Shown here: piece by piece, positions 53,054-62,183 of the stretch
Position numbering within the stretch: position 1 is the stretch's first letter
How the letters are laid out: each line of letters begins with the position of its first letter
Source: Ruminococcus sp.
GTDB taxonomy: Bacteria > Bacillota > Clostridia > Oscillospirales > Acutalibacteraceae
DNA: 64,000 nucleotides
NCBI GenBank assembly: GCA_045635685.1
Contig: JAZTWD010000051.1
Span: 83,222-147,221 of the forward strand
Direction of reading: 5' to 3'
Program-made: the position numbers and the translations under genes
The notes under the pieces: generated by a model
What the model saw: the letters and a program-made list of their open reading frames with translations, nothing else
Database searches by the model: none
What the model was told of the DNA's origin: nothing

Positions 53054-53905
53054 ATGAAAAATCAGTTCGCAAAAATCGTTGCAGTTCTCATGGTTCTCAC
53101 TATGGCTGTATCCGTTTTTGGTCTTTGCGCTTCTGCTGCTGAGACAACTGAGACTCCTGTAGCTCTTTTAGGTGACGTTAACCTCGACGGTAAGGTAACA
53201 ATCCAGGACGCTACTCTCATCCAGAAAGCTATCGCTAAGCTCGCAACTCTTGACGAGGTTCAGACAGCAGTTGCTGACGCTACAGAGGATGGCAATGTAA
53301 ACGTTAAGGACGCTACAGCTATCCAGAAGTGGATCGCTAAGTTCGAGGATGCAAACCAGAACATCGGCAAGCCCATGGGTGCTACTGATGACGAGGCTTC
53401 CACAGACGAGGCTACTAAGGATCAGGCTACTGTAGACGAGGCTACAAAGGACGAAGCTACAACAGATGAAGCTACAAAGGACGAAGCTACAACTGACGAA
53501 GCTACAACTGATGAGGCTACAAAGGACGAAGAGACTCCTGTAGATCCTTCTACAAAGGACGAAGAGACTCCCGTTGATCCTGCAACAAAGGACGAAGCTA
53601 CAACTGACGAAGCTACAGCTGACGAAGTTGCTTACTACCTCGTAGGTTGGATCAACAACGCTGACGTATACGATACAACATACGCTATCGTTGATGGTAC
53701 AATCACAGTTGAGCTCACAGCTGATAGCTATGTAGCAGTTCAGGATGAGAACGGCACAATTTTCTGGACAAACGGTTGGCTTGATTTCAACCCCACATCC
53801 GCAGTTCTCGGCGAGTTTGGTGGTTCTAACGACAAGTTCCACGTTGCTGCTGGTACAGTAACTTTAACTTGGGATGCTGCTACTTGCACACTTGCACTTG
53901 CTTAA
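53054..53905 (+). CDS. Secreted dockerin protein with xDEAT repeat linker and small C-terminal beta domain
   Basis: Signal peptide ending ASA. Dockerin GDVNLDGKVTIQDATLIQK / ADATEDGNVNVKDATAIQK. Pentapeptide repeats. Aromatic-rich C-terminal domain YYLVGWIN...FWTNGW...LTWD. Confidence 0.85.
   Translation: MKNQFAKIVAVLMVLTMAVSVFGLCASAAETTETPVALLGDVNLDGKVTIQDATLIQKAIAKLATLDEVQTAVADATEDGNVNVKDATAIQKWIAKFEDANQNIGKPMGATDDEASTDEATKDQATVDEATKDEATTDEATKDEATTDEATTDEATKDEETPVDPSTKDEETPVDPATKDEATTDEATADEVAYYLVGWINNADVYDTTYAIVDGTITVELTADSYVAVQDENGTIFWTNGWLDFNPTSAVLGEFGGSNDKFHVAAGTVTLTWDAATCTLALA
53387..53629 (+). repeat. In-frame 15-bp tandem repeat encoding about 13 xD(E/Q)(A/E)T units
   Basis: Recurring AAGGACGAAGCTACA / ACTGACGAAGCTACA units plus two KDEETPVDP(S/A)T copies. 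Confidence 0.9.
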
Positions 53906-53927
53906 TTACTTATTAATTTAAGACATT

Positions 53928-53957
53928 AGGAGTTGGCTTTTTAGTCAGCTCCTTTTT
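53928..53957 (+). terminator. Terminator
   Basis: AGGAGTTGGCT/AGTCAGCTCCT stem plus T-run. Confidence 0.8.
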
Positions 53958-53991
53958 GTTTTATTATATTATTTTAATAACCATATTATCA

Positions 53992-54067
53992 GGGGGCGTA
54001 GCTTAGCCGGTAGAGCGTTCGGTTCGCAACCGAAAGGTCGAGAGTTCAAATCTCTTCGTCTCCACCA
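53992..54067 (+). tRNA. tRNA-Ala (CGC)
   Basis: Cloverleaf with G3:U70 alanine determinant, A73, loop TTCGCAA, CCA. Confidence 0.92.
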
Positions 54068-54138
54068 AATTGTTTAACCTTGCTTTTTGTATTATTAGTG
54101 GTATAATAATCATATTCTTAGCGGTTTGAGGAAGTATT

Positions 54139-55740
54139 ATGAGTACTAAGTTTAAAAATTACACTAATTATTTTATAAATTTGATTTGCCCAGCTTTTGT
54201 GTTTGGTTCAATTACAGGCGTTTTAACAGCCCTTATTATAACTATTTATAAAAAGTGTGCAAGTCTTGTAATCGGCGTATCAGAAAATGGCTACGGCTTT
54301 TTGAGGACTAACCTCTATTGGGTTGCCTTGGTGGTTGTTGGATTTATTGGTTTATCAATATTTCTTTCGTTTCTTTACAAAAAAGCGCCTAACCTTAAGG
54401 GTGGCGGAATTCCTACTTCAATCGGTATAATCAGAGGCGTTCTGCCGTTTAAATGGTTTACAAATATTATCGGTGTGTTTTTTCTTTCTCTGCTGTCTTT
54501 TTTAATCGGTGTTCCCTTGGGTAATGAAGGCCCTTCGGTGCAGATGGGTACACTTTTAGGCGGTGCCAGCGTTTCGCCGCTTTTAAAGAAGCACAGAGTC
54601 TGGAGCCGATATTCTATGACAGGCGGTTCCTGTGCAGGTTTCTCTGTTGCAACCGGTGCTCCTGTTTCAGGTATTGTTTTCGCTCTTGAGGAAGCACATC
54701 AGAGCTTTTCGCCTATGATAATGATTGTTGCATCAACCTCGGTAATGTTCTCTTATATTACTACGGAAGTGTTGTCATTATTCTTTAACATCAATACCCG
54801 CCTCTTTCACGAAATCACCTTGCCTGAGGTGAGAATCCGCCATATATGGCTTCCTGTAGTTGTTGGTGTGATTGTTGGTGTTTTGGCAGTTATTATTCTT
54901 AAATATTATAAGTTCATAAGCTTTGTAATTAACAAAAAGCTTTCTTCTGTACCTCATAAATATAAGATATTGGCAGTATATGTATTAACCCTTATTGCAG
55001 GTCTTTGTTCTTTTTCTTTTATATCTACAGGTCATCATCTTATTGATGAACTTATGGTTTCTTCGCCAACCTTTATAATGCTTATTGCAATACTTTTAAT
55101 CAGAACAACCTTAACTTTTTCTGCTAATTCTTGCGGTATTACAGGCGGACTTTTTCTGCCTATTATGGCACTTGGTGCAACTGTTGCGGCGTTAACAGGA
55201 AAAGGCCTTGTTGCTCTTGGAGTTAGTAATGAGTTTTACACATTTATTGTTGTTCTTGGTATTTCCGCCTGTATTTCCGGAATGATGAAAACTCCTTTCA
55301 CAGCTGTGGTTTTTGCCATAGAGGCTCTTTCATGCGGTGGTTACGTTCTTCCTGTTATTGTAGCTACCTGCATTTCTTACGTTATTACCGAAATGTTTGG
55401 CGTTCAGTCCATAACAGATATTGCACTTGATAATACCGTGGAAAATTATTATCACGGCAAAGAGCGAAAAGTTTACGATACCTTCGTTAAGGTTGAGCCT
55501 GCATCCTTTGCTGTAGGCAAACAGATTCGCGATGTTTTATGGCCCAGTAATCTTTTTGTTCTTTCTGTTAAGAGGGAAGACAACGATGCTGAGGTGGATG
55601 TTCACGGCGGAAAACAGCTTAGGGCAGGGGATATACTTCACATCAGATATTCAACCTTCGACGAGCTTGCCACAAAGGAAGAATTGTTTTCTATTGTAGG
55701 CTCACAAGACTTCGACGAGCATATTGATACAGTTATTTAA
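54139..55740 (+). CDS. ClC-family chloride channel/antiporter with C-terminal TrkA-C-like domain
   Basis: GGGIP, GNEGPSVQMG, APVSGIVFALEE, GGLFLP, MMKTPFTA. Tail VGKQIRDVLWP...VLSVKR...GDILHI. Confidence 0.88.
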   Translation: MSTKFKNYTNYFINLICPAFVFGSITGVLTALIITIYKKCASLVIGVSENGYGFLRTNLYWVALVVVGFIGLSIFLSFLYKKAPNLKGGGIPTSIGIIRGVLPFKWFTNIIGVFFLSLLSFLIGVPLGNEGPSVQMGTLLGGASVSPLLKKHRVWSRYSMTGGSCAGFSVATGAPVSGIVFALEEAHQSFSPMIMIVASTSVMFSYITTEVLSLFFNINTRLFHEITLPEVRIRHIWLPVVVGVIVGVLAVIILKYYKFISFVINKKLSSVPHKYKILAVYVLTLIAGLCSFSFISTGHHLIDELMVSSPTFIMLIAILLIRTTLTFSANSCGITGGLFLPIMALGATVAALTGKGLVALGVSNEFYTFIVVLGISACISGMMKTPFTAVVFAIEALSCGGYVLPVIVATCISYVITEMFGVQSITDIALDNTVENYYHGKERKVYDTFVKVEPASFAVGKQIRDVLWPSNLFVLSVKREDNDAEVDVHGGKQLRAGDILHIRYSTFDELATKEELFSIVGSQDFDEHIDTVI

Positions 55741-55746
55741 ACTAAA

Positions 55747-55778
55747 AACACCAGAGTACTTTAAAATACTCTGGTGTT
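55747..55778. terminator. Bidirectional terminator
   Basis: AACACCAGAGTA/TACTCTGGTGTT between convergent genes. Confidence 0.75.
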
Positions 55779-55780
55779 AC

Positions 55781-57355
55781 TTATTTTGTTAAAATCATCT
55801 CGGCACATTTTATTCCGTCAACTGCCGCAGAAACTATTCCGCCTGCATAGCCTGCTCCCTCACCGCAGGGGTAAAGACCTCTGATGTTAAGTGCCTGCAG
55901 TTTTTCGTCTCTTACAATTCTTACAGGGGAGGAGCTTCTTGTCTCTGCTCCTGTAAGTACAGCATCCTCTGCTGAAAAAGCCTTTAACTTTCTTGCAAAA
56001 GCCGAAAGCCCTTCTTTAAGTCCTTGGTTTATATATTCGGGAAAAACATTTTCAAGCTTTGCCAAGGTATAGCCGGGCTTGATTGTAGGCTTTACACTTG
56101 TGATTTTGTTATTGCTTCCGTTAATGAAACTGCCTACAGTCTCTACAGGAGCACAAAAATCCTTGCCGCCAAGCTCGAAGGCTTTTCGCTCAATCTCTCG
56201 TTGCATTTTTACTCCTGCAAGGGGAGAGTCTGAGCTGAAATCTTCGGGATATATGCTGACAAGCACGGCAGAATTGGAATTTTCACCGTCTCGTTTGCTA
56301 TAGCTCATACCGTTTGTGCAAAGCAATCCTTCCTCGCTGGAGGCATTAACAACAAAGCCACCGGGGCACATACAGAAGGTATATACGCCTCTTCCTGCAG
56401 AATCCTTTGCGTTTAGCTTATAGTCAGCAGTAGGTAGCTTAGAAGCAAAATTTCCATACTGGCTTTTATTAATATCTCTTGCCTTATGCTCAATTCTTAC
56501 ACCCATTGAAAATGGCTTTTGCTGAAGAATAACGCCTTTGTTAAGAAGCATTTCGAAGGTGTCTCTTGCACTATGGCCGATTGCAAGCACGGCACACTTT
56601 GTGTCTATTACTTCTGTGTTTCCGCATTTCGATACAGCAACGCTTTTAAGCTCACCGTTCTTTACTGTAAGGTCGGTAACTGTAGCCTCAAACCAAAACT
56701 CGCCGCCTAAAGCGATAATTTCCTTGCGGATATTTTTGATAACATTCTTAAGCACATCGGTGCCGATGTGGGGTTTAGCATTTATAAGAATTTCTTCCTG
56801 AGCACCAAACTCCACAAACGTTCTCAGTACGTGGGTAGCACGGCTATCGTTGGTTCCAGTGTTAAGCTTTCCGTCAGAAAATGTGCCTGCACCGCCTTCG
56901 CCAAACTGTATGTTGGAGCTTGTGTTAAGCATTGCGTATTTAAAGAAAAGCTCCACATCCTCAGTTCGGCGGTCAACATCCTTGCCGCGTTCGATAACAA
57001 TGGGCTTTTCCCCGAATCTTGCCAAGGTCAAAGCCGCAAAAAGTCCTGCAGGACCGCTACCGATTACCACAGGCCTTTCTTTAAGGGAATTTGTAGGAGT
57101 AAAGCTGTATCTGTAGGGAGTATAACTTTCTGTGTTTTTGAATTTGCTGAGGATTTTATCCTCGCTAACTCTCAGTTTAACCGTAACAGTAGCATTGTAA
57201 AAAATATTATCTTTTTTTCTTGCGTCTATACTTAATCTGTGAAGTCTGAAGCTTTCGATATTTTCTTCTTTAAGTTTAAGATTTTTAATTAACCCAAGCT
57301 TAACGTCATCTGCTGTGTAGCTCACAGGTAGTTTAATATTTTTAACTTTAATCAT
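55781..57355 (-). CDS. FAD-dependent oxidoreductase (COG2509-like)
   Basis: VIGSGPAGLFAA, QFGEGGAGTFSDGKL, KPHIGTD, FCMCPGG, YPCGEGAGYAGGI. Confidence 0.88.
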   Translation of the reverse strand: MIKVKNIKLPVSYTADDVKLGLIKNLKLKEENIESFRLHRLSIDARKKDNIFYNATVTVKLRVSEDKILSKFKNTESYTPYRYSFTPTNSLKERPVVIGSGPAGLFAALTLARFGEKPIVIERGKDVDRRTEDVELFFKYAMLNTSSNIQFGEGGAGTFSDGKLNTGTNDSRATHVLRTFVEFGAQEEILINAKPHIGTDVLKNVIKNIRKEIIALGGEFWFEATVTDLTVKNGELKSVAVSKCGNTEVIDTKCAVLAIGHSARDTFEMLLNKGVILQQKPFSMGVRIEHKARDINKSQYGNFASKLPTADYKLNAKDSAGRGVYTFCMCPGGFVVNASSEEGLLCTNGMSYSKRDGENSNSAVLVSIYPEDFSSDSPLAGVKMQREIERKAFELGGKDFCAPVETVGSFINGSNNKITSVKPTIKPGYTLAKLENVFPEYINQGLKEGLSAFARKLKAFSAEDAVLTGAETRSSSPVRIVRDEKLQALNIRGLYPCGEGAGYAGGIVSAAVDGIKCAEMILTK

Positions 57356-58569
57356 AATCCAATCGCCGCTATATATCCTGTTGCAAAGGCAAAGTGCAGA
57401 TTATACCCTCCGCAGTCACCGTTGCAGTCCAGAGCTTCACCAATAATATAAAGCCCTTTTACTTTCTTGCTTTCCATTGTTTCAGGGTTAACTTCATCGC
57501 CTTTAACTCCGCCTTTTGTAACCTGAGCGTTGTTAAAGTCTGCAAGTCCCGATACCTTAAAATCAAAGCTGTTAATAAGCTTTCCAAGGGTCTTTATCTC
57601 ACGCTCTGTTAAATCCTTAACCTTTTTGTCAAAGTTTATGTGAGCAGATTTAATAAGAGCCTGAGCTATTCGTTTATGAAAAATTCCTGTCATTATGTTT
57701 TCAGCATCAAGTTTGCTGAAAACCTTTTGGTTATTGCTGAGTATATCCAGAATTTCGCCAAATTCTGCCTCGGGCATCAGCTTAATTCTAAGGGTATAGT
57801 TCTTGTCTTTTTCAATATACTGAGAAAGATTAAAAACACAAATACCTGAAAGAGCATTTTCGGCGAATTGGATTTCTCCTATTTCTGTGCTTATTACCTT
57901 ATTGTCGGAAATAAGGCTGATTTCGCCCTGCACACGTATGCCTTTAAGCGACTTAAGGTGCTCCGACTTAACACTAACAGGGCATAAAGCAGGGGATGGC
58001 TTAATAATGCTGTGGCCTAAAGATTTCAGAAGCTCATATCCCGATTTATCACCGCCTACCTTAGGTGCTGCCGCACCGCCTGTTGAAAAAATAACCTTGT
58101 CCGCAGTTATGGTTTCTTTGTCGGTAGTGATTCTGAATATGTTTTTCTCTTTAACAACCTTAGCGGCCTTGTTTTCGCATAAAAAGCTTACGGTGTCTTT
58201 TTCAGAGTTGAACCGTAGAACATCAAGAACAGAGCTTGCTTGGTTGGATTTGGGGTACACTCTGCCAAAGTCGTCTGCCCTTGTTATAAGCCCCATGCCT
58301 CTGAATAGTTCCAGTAGCTTCTGGGCAGCACAAGCCGTTAAGACCTTATTGACATAAGGTTTGAAGCTTCCGTGGTAATCAGACTCATTTACATATAAGT
58401 TGGTCAGGTTGCATCTGCCGTTACCTGTGGACAAAAGCTTTTTGCCGACCCGCTGATTCTTTTCAATTACAGCAATTTTCAGATTTTTGTGCATATCAGA
58501 GGTTAAAGCGGTAAAGAAAAGTCCGCCTGCACCGCCGCCGATAACAGCAACATCAAAATGTTTGTTCAT
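57352..58569 (-). CDS. HI0933/BaiN-family flavoprotein
   Basis: IGGGAGG, GKKLLSTGNGRCNLTN, GRVYPKS, AQVTKGGV, GEALDCNGDCGGYNLHFAF. Confidence 0.9.
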   Translation of the reverse strand: MNKHFDVAVIGGGAGGLFFTALTSDMHKNLKIAVIEKNQRVGKKLLSTGNGRCNLTNLYVNESDYHGSFKPYVNKVLTACAAQKLLELFRGMGLITRADDFGRVYPKSNQASSVLDVLRFNSEKDTVSFLCENKAAKVVKEKNIFRITTDKETITADKVIFSTGGAAAPKVGGDKSGYELLKSLGHSIIKPSPALCPVSVKSEHLKSLKGIRVQGEISLISDNKVISTEIGEIQFAENALSGICVFNLSQYIEKDKNYTLRIKLMPEAEFGEILDILSNNQKVFSKLDAENIMTGIFHKRIAQALIKSAHINFDKKVKDLTEREIKTLGKLINSFDFKVSGLADFNNAQVTKGGVKGDEVNPETMESKKVKGLYIIGEALDCNGDCGGYNLHFAFATGYIAAIGL

Positions 58570-58588
58570 AATAACACCTAAAAAATAT

Positions 58589-58609
58589 GGGCAATTATAA
58601 AAATTGCCC
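58589..58609 (-). terminator. Probable terminator after small multidrug export gene
   Basis: GGGCAATT/AATTGCCC stem with T-run on minus strand. Confidence 0.55.
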
Positions 58610-58616
58610 TAAATAA

Positions 58617-59183
58617 TCAGAATAATGTAACAATCCACGGAATGCCGTAGGTAATAAATGACATAATGCCCATAGCCATAATAACGCCTAAAAGAATACT
58701 TATAACAGAATCCTTGAGATTAAGCTTTAAAAGTACAGCAATAAGTGCACCTGTCCAGGCGCCTGTGCCTGGAAGAGGAATACCAACAAACAGCAGAAGT
58801 CCCCATCTCTTGTATTTTGTAACCTTAGAAGACTGCTTCATAGCTTTAGCTTCGATTTTATTAACCAGCTTGCCAAGATGTTTTGTCTTTTTCATAAGGT
58901 TAAATAGTTTTTCGATAAATAAAAAGATAAAAGGAATAGGCAGAAGATTACCCACAATGCTTATAATAGCGGCAAGCCAGTAGTCAACACCCAGCAGGCT
59001 TGCGGCAATCATACCGCCGCGGCACTCAAGAATAGGGAAGAGAGAAATAATAAAAACAATAAGCTCGGCAGGAATACCGCCCATAGCACCTACGATGCTG
59101 TTTACCAATGTCTCGGTTAAACCCTTATGTTCATCAGCGGTTGCAGATGCTGAAATAGCTAAAGTTTTGATTTTGCTAAGCAT
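58617..59183 (-). CDS. Small multi-drug export family membrane protein (COG2426-like)
   Basis: PILECRGG, GNLLPIP, LFVGIPLPGTGAWTG. Confidence 0.85.
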   Translation of the reverse strand: MLSKIKTLAISASATADEHKGLTETLVNSIVGAMGGIPAELIVFIISLFPILECRGGMIAASLLGVDYWLAAIISIVGNLLPIPFIFLFIEKLFNLMKKTKHLGKLVNKIEAKAMKQSSKVTKYKRWGLLLFVGIPLPGTGAWTGALIAVLLKLNLKDSVISILLGVIMAMGIMSFITYGIPWIVTLF

Positions 59184-59321
59184 AATCCACCTCGGTGAAA
59201 ATTAATGTTATTGCCTGTGGCACATTATTTTATATTATATAATATAATTTTGGAATTTACAACAATAAAATTGACATATCACCCTAAATTAGATAAAATA
59301 TACCTTAGAATGGGTGATTAT

Positions 59322-59828
59322 ATGAAGATCAGAAGCAAGCCCCTTATAGTGGCACGAATTTTGCTGGCATTACTTACACTTTCTCTAATAGTGTTCATAT
59401 TTTCAAATTCAGCACAAACTGCTGAGGTTTCAAGTGCATCTTCGGGCAGGATAATGGCATTTCTTAATAGTATCTGCTCATCTCTTAAGCTTAATTTTAC
59501 CTTTACTCAGAGCATAGTCCGTACCCTTGCGCATTTTGCCGAGTTCGGGCTTTTGGGAGTTCTTTCGGTGTCGACTTTTCTCAGCGTTTTCGGAGTGAAA
59601 GCAAAAACGTTGATATTATCAGTATTACTGTCTGTATCAACAGCAATTATTGATGAGTGTATACAGCTTTTTTCAGATGGCAGAGCCTTTCAGTTTTCAG
59701 ATTTGGTAATAGATTTTACAGGTTCTTTGTTAGGTATAGTAGGCGTGTTTTTAATAGCACTTTTAATTAATAATCATAAAATCAAGGTTCAGAGAAGGAA
59801 AAGCAATGGAAAATGTAATGAAGAATAA
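59322..59828 (+). CDS. VanZ-family membrane protein
   Basis: IFIFSNSAQTAEVSSASSG, VRTLAHFAEF, DECIQLFSDGRAFQFSDLVID. Confidence 0.85.
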   Translation: MKIRSKPLIVARILLALLTLSLIVFIFSNSAQTAEVSSASSGRIMAFLNSICSSLKLNFTFTQSIVRTLAHFAEFGLLGVLSVSTFLSVFGVKAKTLILSVLLSVSTAIIDECIQLFSDGRAFQFSDLVIDFTGSLLGIVGVFLIALLINNHKIKVQRRKSNGKCNEE

Positions 59829-61203
59829 AAACACAGAACGAATGGGTACAGCACCTGTGTTAGGCCTTATTTTCAAAATGAGCCTGCCTGCAATGTTTTC
59901 AATGCTTATTCAGGCTCTTTATAATGTTGTTGACAGCATGTTCTTAGGTGCCTATGGCGGCAATTCTGATGCCCTTACCGCAGTATCTCTGGCATATCCT
60001 ATGCAGCTTTTAATGATTGCTTTTGCTGTTGGTACAGCTGTTGGTGTTAACTCTGTTATTGCCAGACGTTTAGGTGAAGGCAGACGTAAAGAGGCAGAAT
60101 ATGCCGCAACTCACGGTATTTTACTTGCAGTTGCTACTTGGGTTGTCTTTGCACTTTTGGGTATATTTGTTTCCAAGCCCTTTATGGTTTTTCTTAACAG
60201 CGGAAGTCAGCAGATTGTTACTTACGGCACAGATTATCTTACCATAGCTCTTGTGTTTTCACTTGGCTCTTTTGTGCAGATTATGATCGAAAAATGCATT
60301 CAGGCTACAGGTAATATGCTTCTGCCTATGAGCTCTCATATAATCGGTGCTGTTACCAATATTATACTTGACTGGCTTTTGGTATTCGGTGTTGGCGTTT
60401 TCCCTGAAATGGGTGTAAGAGGTGCCGCTGTTGCTACCGTTGCAGGTCAGTTTGTAGCTATGTTTTATCTTATTATTATTCTGTTTAAGAAAAATACAGG
60501 AATCAAAATTTCCTTTAAAGGCTTTAAGCTTAAGTTTGAAGTTATAAAGGATATTTACAAAGTAGGTCTTTCAGGCATTGTTATGCAGGCTGTAGGCTCT
60601 CTTACAGTTGCACTTATTAACTTTATTATCAAAACCTCAGGTGCTTATGGGGCTGATGTTTCAACTGCCGCCCAGACGGTTTACGGTGTTTATTATAAAA
60701 TGCAAAGCTTTGTGTTTATGCCTGTGTTTGGTCTTAATCAGGGTATTTCTCCCATAATCGGCTATAATTACGGAGCTAAAATCAAAGAGCGTATGATGAA
60801 AACTCTTCGCTATGCAGTTATAATTGCCGCCGTAATTATGCTCTTGGGCACAATTGCTTTTCAGGCTTTTCCTGAGGCACTTCTTAATTTGTTTGGCCTT
60901 GAGCCTGACTATATTGAAATTGGTATAGTTGCCTTAAGAAGAATCAGCCTTTGCTTCCTTCCTGCCTCTGTAGGCATTGTATTTACAGCACTTTTCCAAT
61001 CTGTGGGTAAAGGTGTACGAAGCCTTCTTATGTCATTGCTCAGACAGGTTATTTTAATTCTGCCTCTTGCGTTGATTTTCTCACGTATAGACGTAAATCT
61101 TGTCTGGATTGCATTTCCTATTGCAGAATTTGTTGCTTTGGTTGTTGCTTTTGTTTTCTTCTTTGACCTTAATAAAAAGGATTTTTCACGTCTTGGTCAA
61201 TAA
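59806..61203 (+). CDS. MATE family efflux transporter
   Basis: SLPAMFSMLIQALYNVVD, NIILD..L.FG, GVRGAAVAT, about 12 TM segments in two repeats. Confidence 0.92.
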   Translation: MENVMKNKNTERMGTAPVLGLIFKMSLPAMFSMLIQALYNVVDSMFLGAYGGNSDALTAVSLAYPMQLLMIAFAVGTAVGVNSVIARRLGEGRRKEAEYAATHGILLAVATWVVFALLGIFVSKPFMVFLNSGSQQIVTYGTDYLTIALVFSLGSFVQIMIEKCIQATGNMLLPMSSHIIGAVTNIILDWLLVFGVGVFPEMGVRGAAVATVAGQFVAMFYLIIILFKKNTGIKISFKGFKLKFEVIKDIYKVGLSGIVMQAVGSLTVALINFIIKTSGAYGADVSTAAQTVYGVYYKMQSFVFMPVFGLNQGISPIIGYNYGAKIKERMMKTLRYAVIIAAVIMLLGTIAFQAFPEALLNLFGLEPDYIEIGIVALRRISLCFLPASVGIVFTALFQSVGKGVRSLLMSLLRQVILILPLALIFSRIDVNLVWIAFPIAEFVALVVAFVFFFDLNKKDFSRLGQ

Positions 61204-61240
61204 TCTTTAATCACCTGCATATATTTAATCAGGTGATTTT

Positions 61241-61582
61241 ATGGACAACTTCAATAACAGGAATCTTTACCCTGAGGACGAATGGCAAAGCCTTTCGGTT
61301 CCTGTAGTAAAAAAGGAATACTCAGAGCCTCAGGAGGAAGTAACAGACGCTGTTGCTACACCAAAGCGAGAGAAGCACAGTAAGCATCCTGTACTTACAA
61401 TTCAGCTTACCTTAAGCCTTTGCGTTCTGCTGTTTATATTTATAATTAAATTCTTAAGCACTCCGTTTTATGACAAGGTGATGGATTGGTATAGGACCGA
61501 GATTTCAAAGTCCGTAGTTTATAATTTCGATTTTGAAAGCTTGGATTTCTCTTCTGTATTTGCAACACCTGATGAAGACTAA
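61241..61582 (+). CDS. Small single-TM protein in the spoIVFA position
   Basis: 113 aa, one hydrophobic segment, overlaps spoIVFB start. No M23 peptidase domain. Confidence 0.6.
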   Translation: MDNFNNRNLYPEDEWQSLSVPVVKKEYSEPQEEVTDAVATPKREKHSKHPVLTIQLTLSLCVLLFIFIIKFLSTPFYDKVMDWYRTEISKSVVYNFDFESLDFSSVFATPDED

Positions 61583-62183
61583 AGTTTTCGGCACAGATTT
61601 TTATTTTTCATTTCCTGCAATTGCCTTTCTTACTTTAGCTATTATTTGCGATAAAAAAGGTACTGTGTTAATCTGCCTTTTATCCTCGATTCTCCATGAG
61701 TTGGGCCATATTGTTGCTATGAAGATTGTGGGTGCTAAGCTTAAGTCGGTTAATTTTAACTTAGGCGACGTTGCCATTAATGCCGATTTGTCTATGCTTT
61801 CCTATAAAGCTGAGCTTTTTGTAAATATTGGCGGAGTTGCAGTTAATTTTATACTTTCAATAATAGCTTTGACGTTATACATAGTTTTTAAAGCAGATTT
61901 TTTTCAAAGTCTCTTTATTTCAAATGTATTGATAGGGGCTTTCAATTTTCTGCCTGTTCGATATTTGGACGGCGGTCAGGTTCTTTTAATGCTTTTGCAA
62001 AAACGCTTTAGTTTAAAGCTTTCAGAAAATATTCTCAATGCGCTTACTGTGTGCTTTATGGTGCCTGTGGGCATATGCGGGCTTATGTTTCTTTTCAGTT
62101 CAAGCTATAATTTTTCATTGCTTTTTGCAGTGTTTTATTTAATATGTACACTTGTTTTAAAGGAGTTTAAAAATGTATCCTAA
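61572..62183 (+). CDS. spoIVFB: Site-2 (M50) intramembrane metalloprotease, SpoIVFB-like
   Basis: LHELGH zinc motif and NFLPVRYLDGG third ligand motif. Upstream of a TIGR03960-type gene, as is typical in Clostridia. Confidence 0.8.
   Translation: MKTKVFGTDFYFSFPAIAFLTLAIICDKKGTVLICLLSSILHELGHIVAMKIVGAKLKSVNFNLGDVAINADLSMLSYKAELFVNIGGVAVNFILSIIALTLYIVFKADFFQSLFISNVLIGAFNFLPVRYLDGGQVLLMLLQKRFSLKLSENILNALTVCFMVPVGICGLMFLFSSSYNFSLLFAVFYLICTLVLKEFKNVS

Noticed and set aside
53387-53629. Possible CRISPR-like array
   Set aside because: In-frame 15-bp coding repeats with no unique spacers and no cas genes.
53168-53842. 224-aa minus-strand Cys/Ser-rich ORF
   Set aside because: Antisense shadow of the codon-biased, repeat-containing dockerin gene. 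No RBS or promoter support.
54068-55740. Fluoride exporter with fluoride riboswitch
   Set aside because: No fluoride-riboswitch sequence upstream and no GNNLI/GREGT/GEVTP motifs.
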